The notes under the pieces: generated by a model
Databases searched by the model: none
Told to the model about the DNA's origin: nothing
Seen by the model: the letters and a program-made list of their open reading frames with translations, nothing else
Part shown: positions 29,896-39,765 of the stretch, in pieces
Position numbering within the stretch: position 1 is the stretch's first letter
Layout of the letters: every line of letters starts with the position of its first letter
Made by a program: the position numbers and the translations under genes
NCBI GenBank assembly: GCA_963803705.1
Contig: CAWDNU010000002.1
Span: 177,980-241,979, forward strand
From: an uncultured Pseudobdellovibrionaceae bacterium
GTDB taxonomy: Bacteria > Bdellovibrionota > Bdellovibrionia > Bdellovibrionales > UBA1609
Length of the DNA: 64,000 bases
Direction: 5' to 3'

Positions 29896-30150
29896 TTACT
29901 CTTCTAGTTTAGCCTTCAACTGATTGCTTTGATCTAGGGCGGAAAGTTCAGAGAAACCTCCGATTAGCTCTTCACCAATGAAAATTTGAGGCACAGTTCT
30001 AAGTCCGGTCTTTTCTTTAAGCGCCTTTAACTCTTCAGGCTTACCTTCTAAGTTTATCTCTTTAAAATCTATATTTTTGCTTTTTAGCAAAGATTTCGCA
30101 CGCACACAAAATGGACAATATTCGGTAGAATAAATTTTTACAGTTTTCAT
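29896..30150 (-). CDS. grxC: Glutaredoxin 3
   Basis: YCPFC, TVPQIFIG, GGFSEL. Confidence 0.92.
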   Translation of the reverse strand: MKTVKIYSTEYCPFCVRAKSLLKSKNIDFKEINLEGKPEELKALKEKTGLRTVPQIFIGEELIGGFSELSALDQSNQLKAKLEE

Positions 30151-30230
30151 TAGGACCACCTTTTAAGAATTTAACTTACTTTCTAAGTCACCCCAACGCA
30201 ATAAGGAATTTAAAGAACCCGATTGGCTTT

Positions 30231-30647
30231 TTAATCTGGTGATTTGCTAGTATTTGATTCTATACCTGAACCAAGGTTTTGAATCATTTGCCTACTTTCA
30301 GGCGTCAGCGAATTGTAAAAAGCTTCTGGATTTTGCGACGCTTTCAAAAGCATATTCTTGACTGCTTCAGCGTCTCCGTTATTGTCCTTAACAAGCTGAC
30401 TAAAAATATCTGCGCTGATATCGAAAGTTGAATCTTTTTGAGAGCGATTCATTCCCATTTGGTTCATTTGATCCACGTACTTTTTAGAACCTGGGCTTTC
30501 TCTTATAACTTTGTCTCTAGCCGCACCGTTTCTAAGTAGTGTCTGTGTTTGTTCCAAAGCAGAGCTATCTGTTTTCTTAAGTTCAGCATGAGCTATATTG
30601 ATTGATAAAAACACCAGAAAAATTATAGTAGCTTTCAATAACATCAT
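30231..30647 (-). CDS. Secreted helical hypothetical protein
   Basis: Signal peptide ending AHA; 138 aa. Confidence 0.65.
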   Translation of the reverse strand: MMLLKATIIFLVFLSINIAHAELKKTDSSALEQTQTLLRNGAARDKVIRESPGSKKYVDQMNQMGMNRSQKDSTFDISADIFSQLVKDNNGDAEAVKNMLLKASQNPEAFYNSLTPESRQMIQNLGSGIESNTSKSPD

Positions 30648-30892
30648 TTGAAGGACCTTGTGGGTGTAACTTTGAACATTATATATCTAATGCTAAAGAT
30701 AAAAGTTTAAAATTAAATATTTTTGAATTAAATTAGCTAATTTAATTAAACTAAATTTAAGTAATAAAAATTTGTTAAGCTGAACCTAAGTAAGTGTTTG
30801 CGTTTATAAATAGTATAATTTAATCGGATATCTGTGACGTTTCATTGAGCTACTTTCATGCTTATAGTGACAAAAATTTGAAAGTTACATAT

Positions 30893-30953
30893 TAGGGCCT
30901 GTGGAAAATATTTAGTAGACGTTTCAAAACAATACATCTTTTCACAACCTTAC
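30893..30953. repeat. Degenerate, internally deleted copy of the MITE
   Basis: TAGGGCCTGTGGAA left end and eroded ATCTTTTCACAACCTTA right end about 60 bp apart. Confidence 0.55.
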
Positions 30954-31004
30954 AAGTAGGCTGCGAAAACTAGCTGAAAAGTTGCTTGTAATAGCGTACA
31001 CATT

Positions 31005-32129
31005 TTAATTGACTTTAAAACCGGTCAAGTAAGATTCAAGGCATTTGACAATCTGTTGGTGACTTTGAAGGGGCTTAACTTTATCAAAAAGGAGGTTTAA
31101 TTTTTTATGGTTTCGGCAAAGAAGTTTTATCAGTTGTTTTGATCTGCCAACTAAAAAGCGAGATTCTTTTTTTGGACAAATACTTATGTATTTAAGGACA
31201 AAGTGTTTTATGTAAAACCGAATCAGATCGCTACTTGAATTTAAGTTAAAAGCTTCGCTCATAAAAACAAAGATTTCAGTCTTTCTTATTAATAAGGCTA
31301 ATAAAGGCTCCGCCATAAAACCACGACCTATCATAATGTCTTTACAGCCGCTTTCAAATACGCAGTTATTGTAGTCTGCTAAGTTCCATACTTCACCATT
31401 TGCTATAATTGGCATTTGCACATGGTTTTTCATTTTTCTAATAAAATCCCAATACGCTGGGGGCTTGTATCCATCTACTTTGGTTCTTGCGTGGACAGCC
31501 ATCCATCCCGCTTTTGCTGCTTCTGCAGCCAGAGCAATTTCAACGTGAAAGTCTTTATGCTCGTAACCTAATCTTACTTTGACATTCACCGGTACAGATT
31601 CAGGCACAGCGCTGCGGACTGCATTAGTAATTCGGTAAACTCGTTCAGGGTCTTTTAATATAATTGACCCTCCATCATTTTTATTTACCGTTTTAGCAGG
31701 GCATCCAAAGTTAATATCTATGCCGTAAGCACCAAGGCTAACTGCTTGAACTGCATTCTCTGCCATATAGTTTAAATCACTTCCTAGAAGTTGCACAAAC
31801 ACAGGAGTTCCAGTTTCTGTTTTGGAATTTGTTTTTAGTTCCGGAGCGTACTCATAAAAAACCCTTGCAGGCACAACTTGCTTAGTGACTCGGATAAACT
31901 CTGTAACGCAATAATCAATACCCCCATAAGAGGTCAAAAGTTGTCTGATCCAAGGATCAACCACACCTTCCATTGGAGCTAGATGTAGATCGCCTAACTT
32001 TTTTGTAGTTGATTTTGCAGCAGGTTTAGCAGTTAATTCGCCATTAAGACCCACGGATTTTTTATCAGGATGTTTACTTACTTGATTGCTTACTAATTTT
32101 GTTAAATGTTCACAAACTAAATTCTGCAT
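31005..32129 (-). CDS. dusC: tRNA-dihydrouridine synthase (DusC-like)
   Basis: LAPMEG, CVTEFIRVT, DINFGCPAKTVN, VKVRLG, VHARTK.DGYKPPAYW, ANGEVW. Confidence 0.85.
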   Translation of the reverse strand: MQNLVCEHLTKLVSNQVSKHPDKKSVGLNGELTAKPAAKSTTKKLGDLHLAPMEGVVDPWIRQLLTSYGGIDYCVTEFIRVTKQVVPARVFYEYAPELKTNSKTETGTPVFVQLLGSDLNYMAENAVQAVSLGAYGIDINFGCPAKTVNKNDGGSIILKDPERVYRITNAVRSAVPESVPVNVKVRLGYEHKDFHVEIALAAEAAKAGWMAVHARTKVDGYKPPAYWDFIRKMKNHVQMPIIANGEVWNLADYNNCVFESGCKDIMIGRGFMAEPLLALLIRKTEIFVFMSEAFNLNSSSDLIRFYIKHFVLKYISICPKKESRFLVGRSKQLIKLLCRNHKKLNLLFDKVKPLQSHQQIVKCLESYLTGFKVN

Positions 32130-32593
32130 ATTTTTACAATGTGATCAAATTCTTTTTTAGAAACAGGCTGTATTGAAAGTCTAGTTCCTTTTTTAATTAA
32201 AAGCATATCTTGCAGCAGTTTCTCTTTACGCGCATTAGCTAGTGACAGGATAGATTTAAATTTTTCTACAAATTTTACCTCTACGCATTCCCAGATAGGA
32301 CGCGCAACTGTGGCTTTTGGTTCGAAGTAGTCTGATTTTTTATCGAAGGCTGTGGGATCTGCAGCCGCTGGTTTAGAAATCTTAGCTAGCCCTACCACAG
32401 CAGGGGGCTTGGTGTTAGAGTGGTAAAAAAGCACTTCATCGCCGACAGTCATCTCTTTGACCATAAAGTTTCTTGCCTGGTAATTGCGCACCCCCTCCCA
32501 GAGAGTTGTTTTATCTTTTTCAAGTTGGTCTATAGAGTAAGCATCTGGCTCTGACTTCATAAGCCAGAATTTTTTAGTTTTCTTTGTTGGCAT
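32117..32593 (-). CDS. EVE domain-containing protein
   Basis: FWLMKSEP, WEGVRNYQARNFM, VLFYHS, RLSIQPV. Confidence 0.93.
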   Translation of the reverse strand: MPTKKTKKFWLMKSEPDAYSIDQLEKDKTTLWEGVRNYQARNFMVKEMTVGDEVLFYHSNTKPPAVVGLAKISKPAAADPTAFDKKSDYFEPKATVARPIWECVEVKFVEKFKSILSLANARKEKLLQDMLLIKKGTRLSIQPVSKKEFDHIVKICRI

Positions 32594-32644
32594 GGATGCA
32601 CTCTCCGTCTAATATTGATTTAGACTTACAAAAAAGGAGAGCAA

Positions 32645-34033
32645 ATGTCCACACGTACTGAGCATGATTCTATGGGACCCATTGAAGTGCCGGCAGAAAG
32701 ACTGTGGGGCGCTCAAACCCAAAGATCCATCGAAAATTTTAAAATAGGAAATGACCGTTTTCCTCCAGAACTTATAAAAGCATTTGGAATCTTGAAAAAA
32801 TCTGCCGCACTAGCGAATAAAGATCTGGGCCTGCTAGACAAAGAAAAGTCTGCAGCCATTTCTAAGGCCTGTGACGAGGTGATCGAAGGGAAGTGGGACA
32901 ATGAATTTCCTTTAGTGGTGTGGCAAACCGGTAGTGGCACCCAAACTAATATGAATTCAAACGAAGTTATCGCCAACCGAGCTGCAGAGATTTTGGGTTT
33001 TAAGCGTGGAGACAAAAAAATTCACCCTAATGATGATGTAAACAAAGCGCAGTCTTCAAACGATACCTTTCCTACAGCTATGCACATTTCCATAGTAAAT
33101 GAGACGAAAAGACGTTTGGTTCCAGCACTAAAAAATTTTTTGCAGTCGTTAACTAAAAAGAAAAAAGAGTTTGCAGGGGTAGTAAAAATTGGTCGTACTC
33201 ATTTTATGGATGCGACACCGCTTACTTTGGAACAAGAGTTTTCAGGTTACGAGCGTCAGATTGAGCAGGCCTTTAAGCGAGTGGAGCAGTCGTTAATCGA
33301 TGTTCTTGATTTAGCCATAGGTGGCACGGCCGTAGGCACAGGGTTGAATACCCACCCTGATTTTTCTGAAAAAGTTTGTGCTTATATTTCTAAGGTAACA
33401 GGTCATAAATTTAGATCTGCACCAAATAAATTTGAGGCACTTGCTGCACATGATGCATTGGTTGAGTTTCACGGAAGTTTAAAAACTTTGGCTGTATCAC
33501 TTATGAAAATTGCAAATGATATACGAATGCTCGGCAGTGGCCCCCGAAGTGGTATAGGCGAGCTAAACTTACCCGCCAATGAGCCTGGTAGTAGTATTAT
33601 GCCTGGCAAAGTAAATCCAACCCAGTGCGAAGCCATAACAATGGTTGCAGCTCAAGTGATGGGAAACGACACCACTGTTGGTTTCGCCGGCAGCCTGGGT
33701 CAATTTGAACTGAATGTTTTTAAACCCGTGATGGTTTTTAATGTCTTAAATTCGATAAGACTTTTATCAGATTCAATGGATAGCTTCAGAATAAATTGCC
33801 TTGATGGCATCGAAGCCAATTTAGTCCAAATTAAAAAGCACGTTGAAAATTCTTTGATGTTAGTTACAGCTCTTAATCCGCATATCGGTTACGATAAGGC
33901 AGCAAAGATTGCAAAGACTGCATTTGAAAATAATACGACGCTAAAAGAAGAAGCTATAAATTTAGGTTTTATGTCAGAAGATGACTTTGAAAAGTTTGTA
34001 AGACCTGAGGACATGATTGGCCCCAAAGCATAA
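32645..34033 (+). CDS. fumC: Class II fumarate hydratase
   Basis: [47 protein letters not shown]. Confidence 0.98.
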   Translation: MSTRTEHDSMGPIEVPAERLWGAQTQRSIENFKIGNDRFPPELIKAFGILKKSAALANKDLGLLDKEKSAAISKACDEVIEGKWDNEFPLVVWQTGSGTQTNMNSNEVIANRAAEILGFKRGDKKIHPNDDVNKAQSSNDTFPTAMHISIVNETKRRLVPALKNFLQSLTKKKKEFAGVVKIGRTHFMDATPLTLEQEFSGYERQIEQAFKRVEQSLIDVLDLAIGGTAVGTGLNTHPDFSEKVCAYISKVTGHKFRSAPNKFEALAAHDALVEFHGSLKTLAVSLMKIANDIRMLGSGPRSGIGELNLPANEPGSSIMPGKVNPTQCEAITMVAAQVMGNDTTVGFAGSLGQFELNVFKPVMVFNVLNSIRLLSDSMDSFRINCLDGIEANLVQIKKHVENSLMLVTALNPHIGYDKAAKIAKTAFENNTTLKEEAINLGFMSEDDFEKFVRPEDMIGPKA

Positions 34034-34198
34034 TAATGACTTCATTAACCAATCCCCTAGCCATACTGTGCCCCAGGTGCATTTATCACCGTCAGGCTGA
34101 CAGCGGTTACATGCTTCAGCTGTAAAGCGTTGCACGCTGTGACCCTTTGGAGATTAATTACTGAAATTAGTATATAATTTTAATGTTTATGACAAAAG

Positions 34199-35074
34199 GT
34201 GAATATGCCCTCAACAGAATTTGATAAAAAAACGACTTGGTTTGACCATGAAAACATCAGACCCTATGTTTTGGCCAGAGACGTCAATCGCCCTAAAATC
34301 CCAGGTCAAGGCTCGGTCGTAGACTGGTTTTACGACGAGGACCTTGTTTTAAAAAACCCATTTCACTTAAAAGAGCTTGAATTTTCTGATTTGATTTTAG
34401 AAATTGAAAGCAGGGCTTTTCAACACGCTGACATGGCTATGCCTAGGTGGGTATTTTATGACTGCGCAATCATGCCTGGCGTAGTTGTGGGTTTTGCCCA
34501 CAGAACCGAGACTTTAAGTGACGCTGTTCGGAAAGCTTTAAGTAAACCCATCAAAGGTGAGTGGACGCCACTGTCGTTGTTCATCTGTATTCCCACAGCA
34601 CAACCAGGAGCTTGGTTGGCTCATAATCTTTCTTCCATCAATTCTATTTTACCCAAGCAGGATCGCCTTTACGGACTTGGTTTTTTATCTAAGGCCTTCG
34701 GGTTGTGGTACTCAAATATACCCCAGTTATTTGGTATGACCCAATGGGAAAGCCCGGCACTGAAACTGCATTGTAACTATGGCAACTTAGAAATACTTAC
34801 AGCCTTTACACCGGTGCATTCACATCCAAGAACGATCACCTATAACTGTGATGTTGACCCTTCACTATGGAATTCTTTTTTTACTAAAGAATTTGATTCA
34901 AGATTTCATGACGGCTTTGAATATGCAGGATTTGATATTAATCCAAAAGACAGAAAAAGCATGTTGGCACTACAGGCCAGACTTGAAGCCAAAGAGAACA
35001 AATACTACCTTGATTCCGAGCATCTAAGAAACGAGCCCCTTGGTGAACCCATTCCTATTTATATCCCAAGATGA
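34199..35074 (+). CDS. Hypothetical cytoplasmic protein
   Basis: 291-aa ORF with globular composition; 4-nt overlap with the downstream TauE gene. Confidence 0.7.
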   Translation: MNMPSTEFDKKTTWFDHENIRPYVLARDVNRPKIPGQGSVVDWFYDEDLVLKNPFHLKELEFSDLILEIESRAFQHADMAMPRWVFYDCAIMPGVVVGFAHRTETLSDAVRKALSKPIKGEWTPLSLFICIPTAQPGAWLAHNLSSINSILPKQDRLYGLGFLSKAFGLWYSNIPQLFGMTQWESPALKLHCNYGNLEILTAFTPVHSHPRTITYNCDVDPSLWNSFFTKEFDSRFHDGFEYAGFDINPKDRKSMLALQARLEAKENKYYLDSEHLRNEPLGEPIPIYIPR

Positions 35075-35853
35075 TTTTTTTTCTTGGTTTAGTTTTAGGA
35101 ACTGTATCGTCTTTTTTAGGAATTGGTGGAGGTGTATTTTTAGTTCCTTTACTCCCCCTAATCTACCCTCTGACAGCATTTGAAGCTGTAGTGCTAAGTT
35201 TAACTTTCATCTTCTTTTCAGTTTTAACGAACACGGTGCTATTTCAGATTCAGAAAAAAATTGTTTGGACTGTGGCGTTGGCTATGGGCCCATTTATAGT
35301 TGTTGGTGGATTTATAGGATCAAGACTTGCAAGCCAGGCTAGTGATATCTTCCTGCGAAGTTTTTTGTGTTTATTTTTACTTTTAATGAGTTTTAACTTT
35401 TTAAGAGCACTTATCAGCTTAAAGGAAAATCCTAAGGCCACGAGCTTAAGTTTATTATCAAAAATTTCTAAACCTGGACTAGGACTTTTTGCGGGACTTC
35501 TTTCTGGATTTGCTGGTGTAGGCAGTGGAGTCTTTTTAAACTGGTTAGTATTAAAAGATCCAAGTGTGGGTTCAAAAAATGAATCACCTACGGTCAATGC
35601 AATGATGATATTTGTTTGTAGCGGTGTTTTTGTATCAGCACTATGGACTGAGCCAAAAATTTTTTTAAGTTTCTACGAAAAAGTCGGCTTTTTAAGTGGT
35701 CTACTAATTTTAGTTGGGATCATAACAGGAGCATTCCTAGGTCGAGCACTAAATGCAAAAGGTTTTGCCAAAGCCAGACTGTCTCTTCTTTTTCTAATAA
35801 CTTTCACTCTAAGCGTAACTGTTTTTGTAGAAACCTATCGGGCAATTAGCTAG
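35071..35853 (+). CDS. Sulfite exporter TauE/SafE family membrane protein
   Basis: Duplicated GxxSSFLGIGGG / GLLSGFAGVGSG motifs, about 8 TM helices. Confidence 0.85.
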   Translation: MIFFLGLVLGTVSSFLGIGGGVFLVPLLPLIYPLTAFEAVVLSLTFIFFSVLTNTVLFQIQKKIVWTVALAMGPFIVVGGFIGSRLASQASDIFLRSFLCLFLLLMSFNFLRALISLKENPKATSLSLLSKISKPGLGLFAGLLSGFAGVGSGVFLNWLVLKDPSVGSKNESPTVNAMMIFVCSGVFVSALWTEPKIFLSFYEKVGFLSGLLILVGIITGAFLGRALNAKGFAKARLSLLFLITFTLSVTVFVETYRAIS

Positions 35854-36034
35854 AATAATTTATTTTATTATCAATCTAATCCGAGTCTCAGTCAGAGGAC
35901 ATGGCTGACATGATCCATGCGCAGAATTTTCGGGATCGGTTTGCTACTCGCACCACAGATAACCTACTGCCGATCTTTCTTGAACTAGTTTCTAAAAATA
36001 TTGATTTTTGATCAAAGCTTAGATAACTTCATAT

Positions 36035-36343
36035 ATGTCTACTAAAATTATAGAATTACAAATTAAAGACATAATCCAAGACAGACTCAAACCATCTGTC
36101 TTGGAAATCACCAACGAGAGTGATTTACACTCAGGTCCTAAGGGGCGCGAATCTCACTTCAAAGTTTTAATTGTCAGCGAAGCTTTCAAAGACGTGAAGC
36201 GAATTGATCGTCAAAAATTAATATTTAAATTTTTAAAAGATATTATGTCCCAAGTTCATGCCCTATCGCTAAGATGTCTCACAGAAAGTGAATTTAAAAA
36301 AGCAAAAGACTTTAAAAGTCCCGACTGCACCCACCGTAGTTGA
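36035..36343 (+). CDS. bolA: BolA-family protein
   Basis: NESDLHSG..ESHFKVLIVSEAF, R..RQK, HALSLRC. Confidence 0.9.
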   Translation: MSTKIIELQIKDIIQDRLKPSVLEITNESDLHSGPKGRESHFKVLIVSEAFKDVKRIDRQKLIFKFLKDIMSQVHALSLRCLTESEFKKAKDFKSPDCTHRS

Positions 36344-36349
36344 AGGACG

Positions 36350-36386
36350 GCCACAAGTGAAGCTGTACAGCTTCACCTGCCGTGGC
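36350..36386. repeat. Perfect 20-bp palindrome within a longer hairpin
   Basis: GTGAAGCTGTACAGCTTCAC (36357-36376) flanked by GCCAC...GTGGC. Confidence 0.85.
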
Positions 36387-36475
36387 TGCGTAAGCCTGAT
36401 TTCTTTAATAACTGCATGTGAAGGGTTAAGCATAAGCAACTTGAGTGAAAATCTACACTTGGATCTATGTACTTC

Positions 36476-37057
36476 TCAATCTCTGGTAAATATGACTATT
36501 ACCGTCGAGTCATCTTCGTCTAATAGTCCATACTGGTCTTTTCCATTTATACTGAGCACATTGGCCTTCTTGAAGCCATATCGTTGGGCCATCCGACCAG
36601 ACCAAGTGTTTAGCGCAGCATCCTCTGGGTTCATACTCATTAGATTTTGCACATACTCATCATGGTTGAGGCCCGATACCCATATTCCTTCGATCTCGTC
36701 GATATTTTCTGAACCAATAGCTTTCATCATCATATCGTAAAGTACCAGGCCACTCCACCTACTTCTGATCTCTTTATGGGGATATTTTAGAGCAGCCTCG
36801 ATAGACAATTGTCTATCACTTAGACTGGCTTCAAATAAAAATTTGTAATCGAGATCCCTATAATGGAAAAATCTAGGAACACTGTCGATAATCTCTTCGC
36901 GGCCTCGAACCACTTTGTAAGCGACTTTTTGGCTTAAGTGTTCAATACACTGTTTAGATGTTGCGCCAAGGGCAGAGTTCACACCAGGGCTTGAGCCCCA
37001 ACCTACGGTGACCAGTCCCGAAAGACCTAAAATATTGAACAAGTTTCTATATTTCAT
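36476..37057 (-). CDS. Secreted hypothetical protein with polymorphic-toxin-like domain
   Basis: Signal-like N-terminus, QCIEHL, then G..LYDMMM..IG...IEGIW....N...AALNTWSGRMAQRYGF. Confidence 0.6.
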   Translation of the reverse strand: MKYRNLFNILGLSGLVTVGWGSSPGVNSALGATSKQCIEHLSQKVAYKVVRGREEIIDSVPRFFHYRDLDYKFLFEASLSDRQLSIEAALKYPHKEIRSRWSGLVLYDMMMKAIGSENIDEIEGIWVSGLNHDEYVQNLMSMNPEDAALNTWSGRMAQRYGFKKANVLSINGKDQYGLLDEDDSTVIVIFTRD

Positions 37058-37127
37058 ACTTTTTTAGTTCTGCAAATTGGGGGCCATCAGGCTAAAAGCT
37101 ACATTTTTATATCGAAAAAAATGTGGG

Positions 37128-37340
37128 TTACAGCGAAAGAGTCTTGAGCTGCTTTTGAATCACTTTCAAAAGCTGAGTTTTTTGCTTAGTCTTTTTAGAT
37201 TTTTTTTTTGGTGTTTTCTTTACTGTATCTAACTTTTCGGATTTAGAGTCGATATTTTGCCACATATTTAAAGCTAATGATAACTCAGATCGAATCTCTT
37301 TGTTGATTTTATTACTTTTAACTTCATTTTTTGTAGACAC
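37128..37340 (-). CDS. Small Lys-rich hypothetical protein
   Basis: 70-aa ORF, GTG start after GGA. Confidence 0.5.
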   Translation of the reverse strand: MSTKNEVKSNKINKEIRSELSLALNMWQNIDSKSEKLDTVKKTPKKKSKKTKQKTQLLKVIQKQLKTLSL

Positions 37341-37431
37341 TCCATTAGTGTAGGGCCTTAAACTTTTTTGACAAGAAAAATAACCTGCATACTGCTTTGC
37401 GGTTTAGAGCAAAGACTTCATAGGAGCGTTA

Positions 37432-39113
37432 ATGGCTGAAGATATTATTTATACAATGAAAGGTGTCAGTAAGGTAATTCCACCAAATAAATATATTTTG
37501 AAGAATATTTATTTGTCCTACTTCTATGGTGCCAAAATTGGAGTCCTGGGATTAAATGGTTCAGGTAAAAGCACTCTTCTTAAAATCATAGCTGGAATCG
37601 ATGATGAATTTTTGGGTGAATCGTTTCCAGCTAAAGATTTTAAGCTAGGTTACCTCGAACAAGAGCCTGAGCTTAATCCTGAAAAAACAGTTCATGAAAA
37701 CATCTTAGAAGGAATGGGCCAGTTGCCATTATGGTTGAAAGAGTTCAATGATTTAAGCCAAAAGATGTGCGATGAAAATATCAAGCCAGATGCCATGGAA
37801 GCTTTAATTGAAAAGCAGGGCGCTGTTCAAGAAAAAATTGAGTCTGTAAATGGTTGGGACGTCGATCAGACCATTAGTATGGCAGTAGAAGCTTTAAGAT
37901 GCCCAGATGGTGCATCCTCAGTTAAAAATCTTATCTGGTGGTGAAAAAAGACGTGTAGCACTGGCAAGACTTTTACTGTCAGAGCCAGATATCCTATTAC
38001 TGGATGAGCCGACTAACCACTTAGACGCAGAATCAGTGACTTGGTTAGAACATTACTCTGGCCAAGTTTGCGGGCACCGTTATAGCGGTGACCCATGATA
38101 GATACTTCTTAGACAATGTAGCGGGTTGGATCCTAGAGCTAGATCGCGGCGAGGGCATCCCCTTTAAAGGTAACTACTCGTCTTGGCTGGAACAAAAAAA
38201 CAAACGCCTATTGCAAGAAGCAAAATCCGAGCAAAATAGAAATAAAACTTTAGAAAAAGAACTAGAATGGATTCGTACTAATCCTAAAGGCAGACAAGCT
38301 AAAGCGAAAGCGCGTATTTCCAATTATGAGTCACTACTGAAAGAGCCTTCGAAAGAAAAATTAAATGAACTTCAGTTGTACATACCGCCAGGTCCTCGCT
38401 TGGGTAAAAAGGTCATAGAGGCCAAAGGTATTTCCAAACAGTATGGGGACAAGCTTTTATTTGAAAATTTAAGTTTTGATATTCCAGCTGGCGGGATCGT
38501 TGGAATTGTTGGACCTAATGGAGCAGGTAAGACATCACTATTTAGAATGATAATAGGGCAGGAAAGCCCCGATTCTGGTGAACTGCAAGTCGGAGAAACA
38601 GTAAAACTTGCCTATGTCGATCAGTCCAGAGAAAATCTAAATCCTGATAAGACAGTTTGGGAAGAAATTTCCGGCGGCGACGACCTGATGAAAGTCGGCG
38701 ACAAAGAAATGAACTCTAGAGCTTATGTCTCTAAATTTAATTTTTCAGGGTCTGATCAACAGAAGAAAGTGGGAAAACTATCCGGCGGAGAAAGAAATAG
38801 AGTCCAGCTTGCTAAGCTTCTAGCAGAAGGTGCGAACGTTATTTTACTAGATGAACCGACCAATGACCTGGATGTGAACACAATGAGAGCTTTAGAAGAA
38901 GCCATTGAATCTTTCGGTGGATGCGTATTGGTAATCAGTCATGACAGATGGTTTCTAGATCGGGTTTGCACACACACTATGGCTTTCGAGGGGGATAGCC
39001 ATATAGAGTTTTTCCCGGGTTCGTATTCTGAGTACGAAGAGGACTTAAAAAAACGATTGGGAGTTGAAGATTTGCAACCAAAGCGAATTCAGTATAGAAA
39101 AATTTCAAATTAA
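37432..39113 (+). CDS. ettA: Energy-dependent translational throttle protein EttA (two apparent +1 frameshifts)
   Basis: [62 protein letters not shown]. Removing one base near 37933 and one near 38057 gives one continuous ABC-F ORF. Confidence 0.9.
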
Positions 39114-39184
39114 AATGTTTACAAGAGTTAAGAATTCGTTATCATTAAAGGTGAAGCAAAAGCCTTTAATGGGAGGAATTTTTA

Positions 39185-39697
39185 ATGGCAACAAAAAAGA
39201 AAGCAGCAAAGAAGAAAGCAAAAAAAGCGACTAAGAAAAAAGTGGCAAAGAAAGCAACTAAGAAAAACAACTAAGAAAAAAACAGTAGCTAAGAAAACAA
39301 AAGCTAAAGCAAAAAAAAGCCAGCAGCAAAAAAAGCGACTAAGAAGAAAGCGACTAAAAAGGTAGCTAAGAAAACAACTAAAAAAGCTACTAAAAAAACA
39401 ACTAAGAAAAAAGCAGTTGCTAAGAAGAAGACTAAAACAAAAACAAAAAGAAAGCCTAACGCGGCTTTTATGAAGGCATTGACGCCAAGTCCAGAGTTGG
39501 CTGAGGTTGTGGGCTCTACACCTCTTCCAAGAACAGAAGTTGTAAAAAAATTGTGGGCTTATATAAAGAAGCATAATCTTCAAGACGCTCAGAACAGAAG
39601 AAATATTAATGCTGACGATAAATTGATGCCAATTTTCGGTAAAAAGCAGGTTTCTATGTTCGAAATGACTAAAATAGTTAGCGGTCATTTGAAATAG
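39185..39697 (+). CDS. Histone H1-like Lys/Ala-rich protein fused to a SWIB/MDM2 domain (compensating frameshifts in A-runs)
   Basis: GGGAGG RBS, then ATG 39185 MATKKKAAKKKAKKATKKK...; C-terminal RKPNAAFMKALTPSPELAEVVG...RTEVVKKLWAYIKKHNLQD; start codon and SWIB part share one frame. Confidence 0.85.
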
Positions 39698-39728
39698 TTT
39701 TCAACATATTGAAATTCTCAAATATTTT

Positions 39729-39755
39729 AAGAGCCTCTTTGTTGAGGCTCTTTTT
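39729..39755 (+). terminator. Intrinsic terminator
   Basis: AAGAGCCTC-N6-GAGGCTCTTTTT. Confidence 0.85.
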
Positions 39756-39765
39756 GTTTTAAGTT

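Noticed and set aside
36288..36740. 150-aa plus-strand ORF
   Set aside because: Overlaps bolA and lies antisense to the 36476 gene; no RBS or motifs
39182..39688. 168-aa Phe/Cys/Leu-rich minus-strand ORF
   Set aside because: Antisense shadow of the Lys-rich H1-like/SWIB gene
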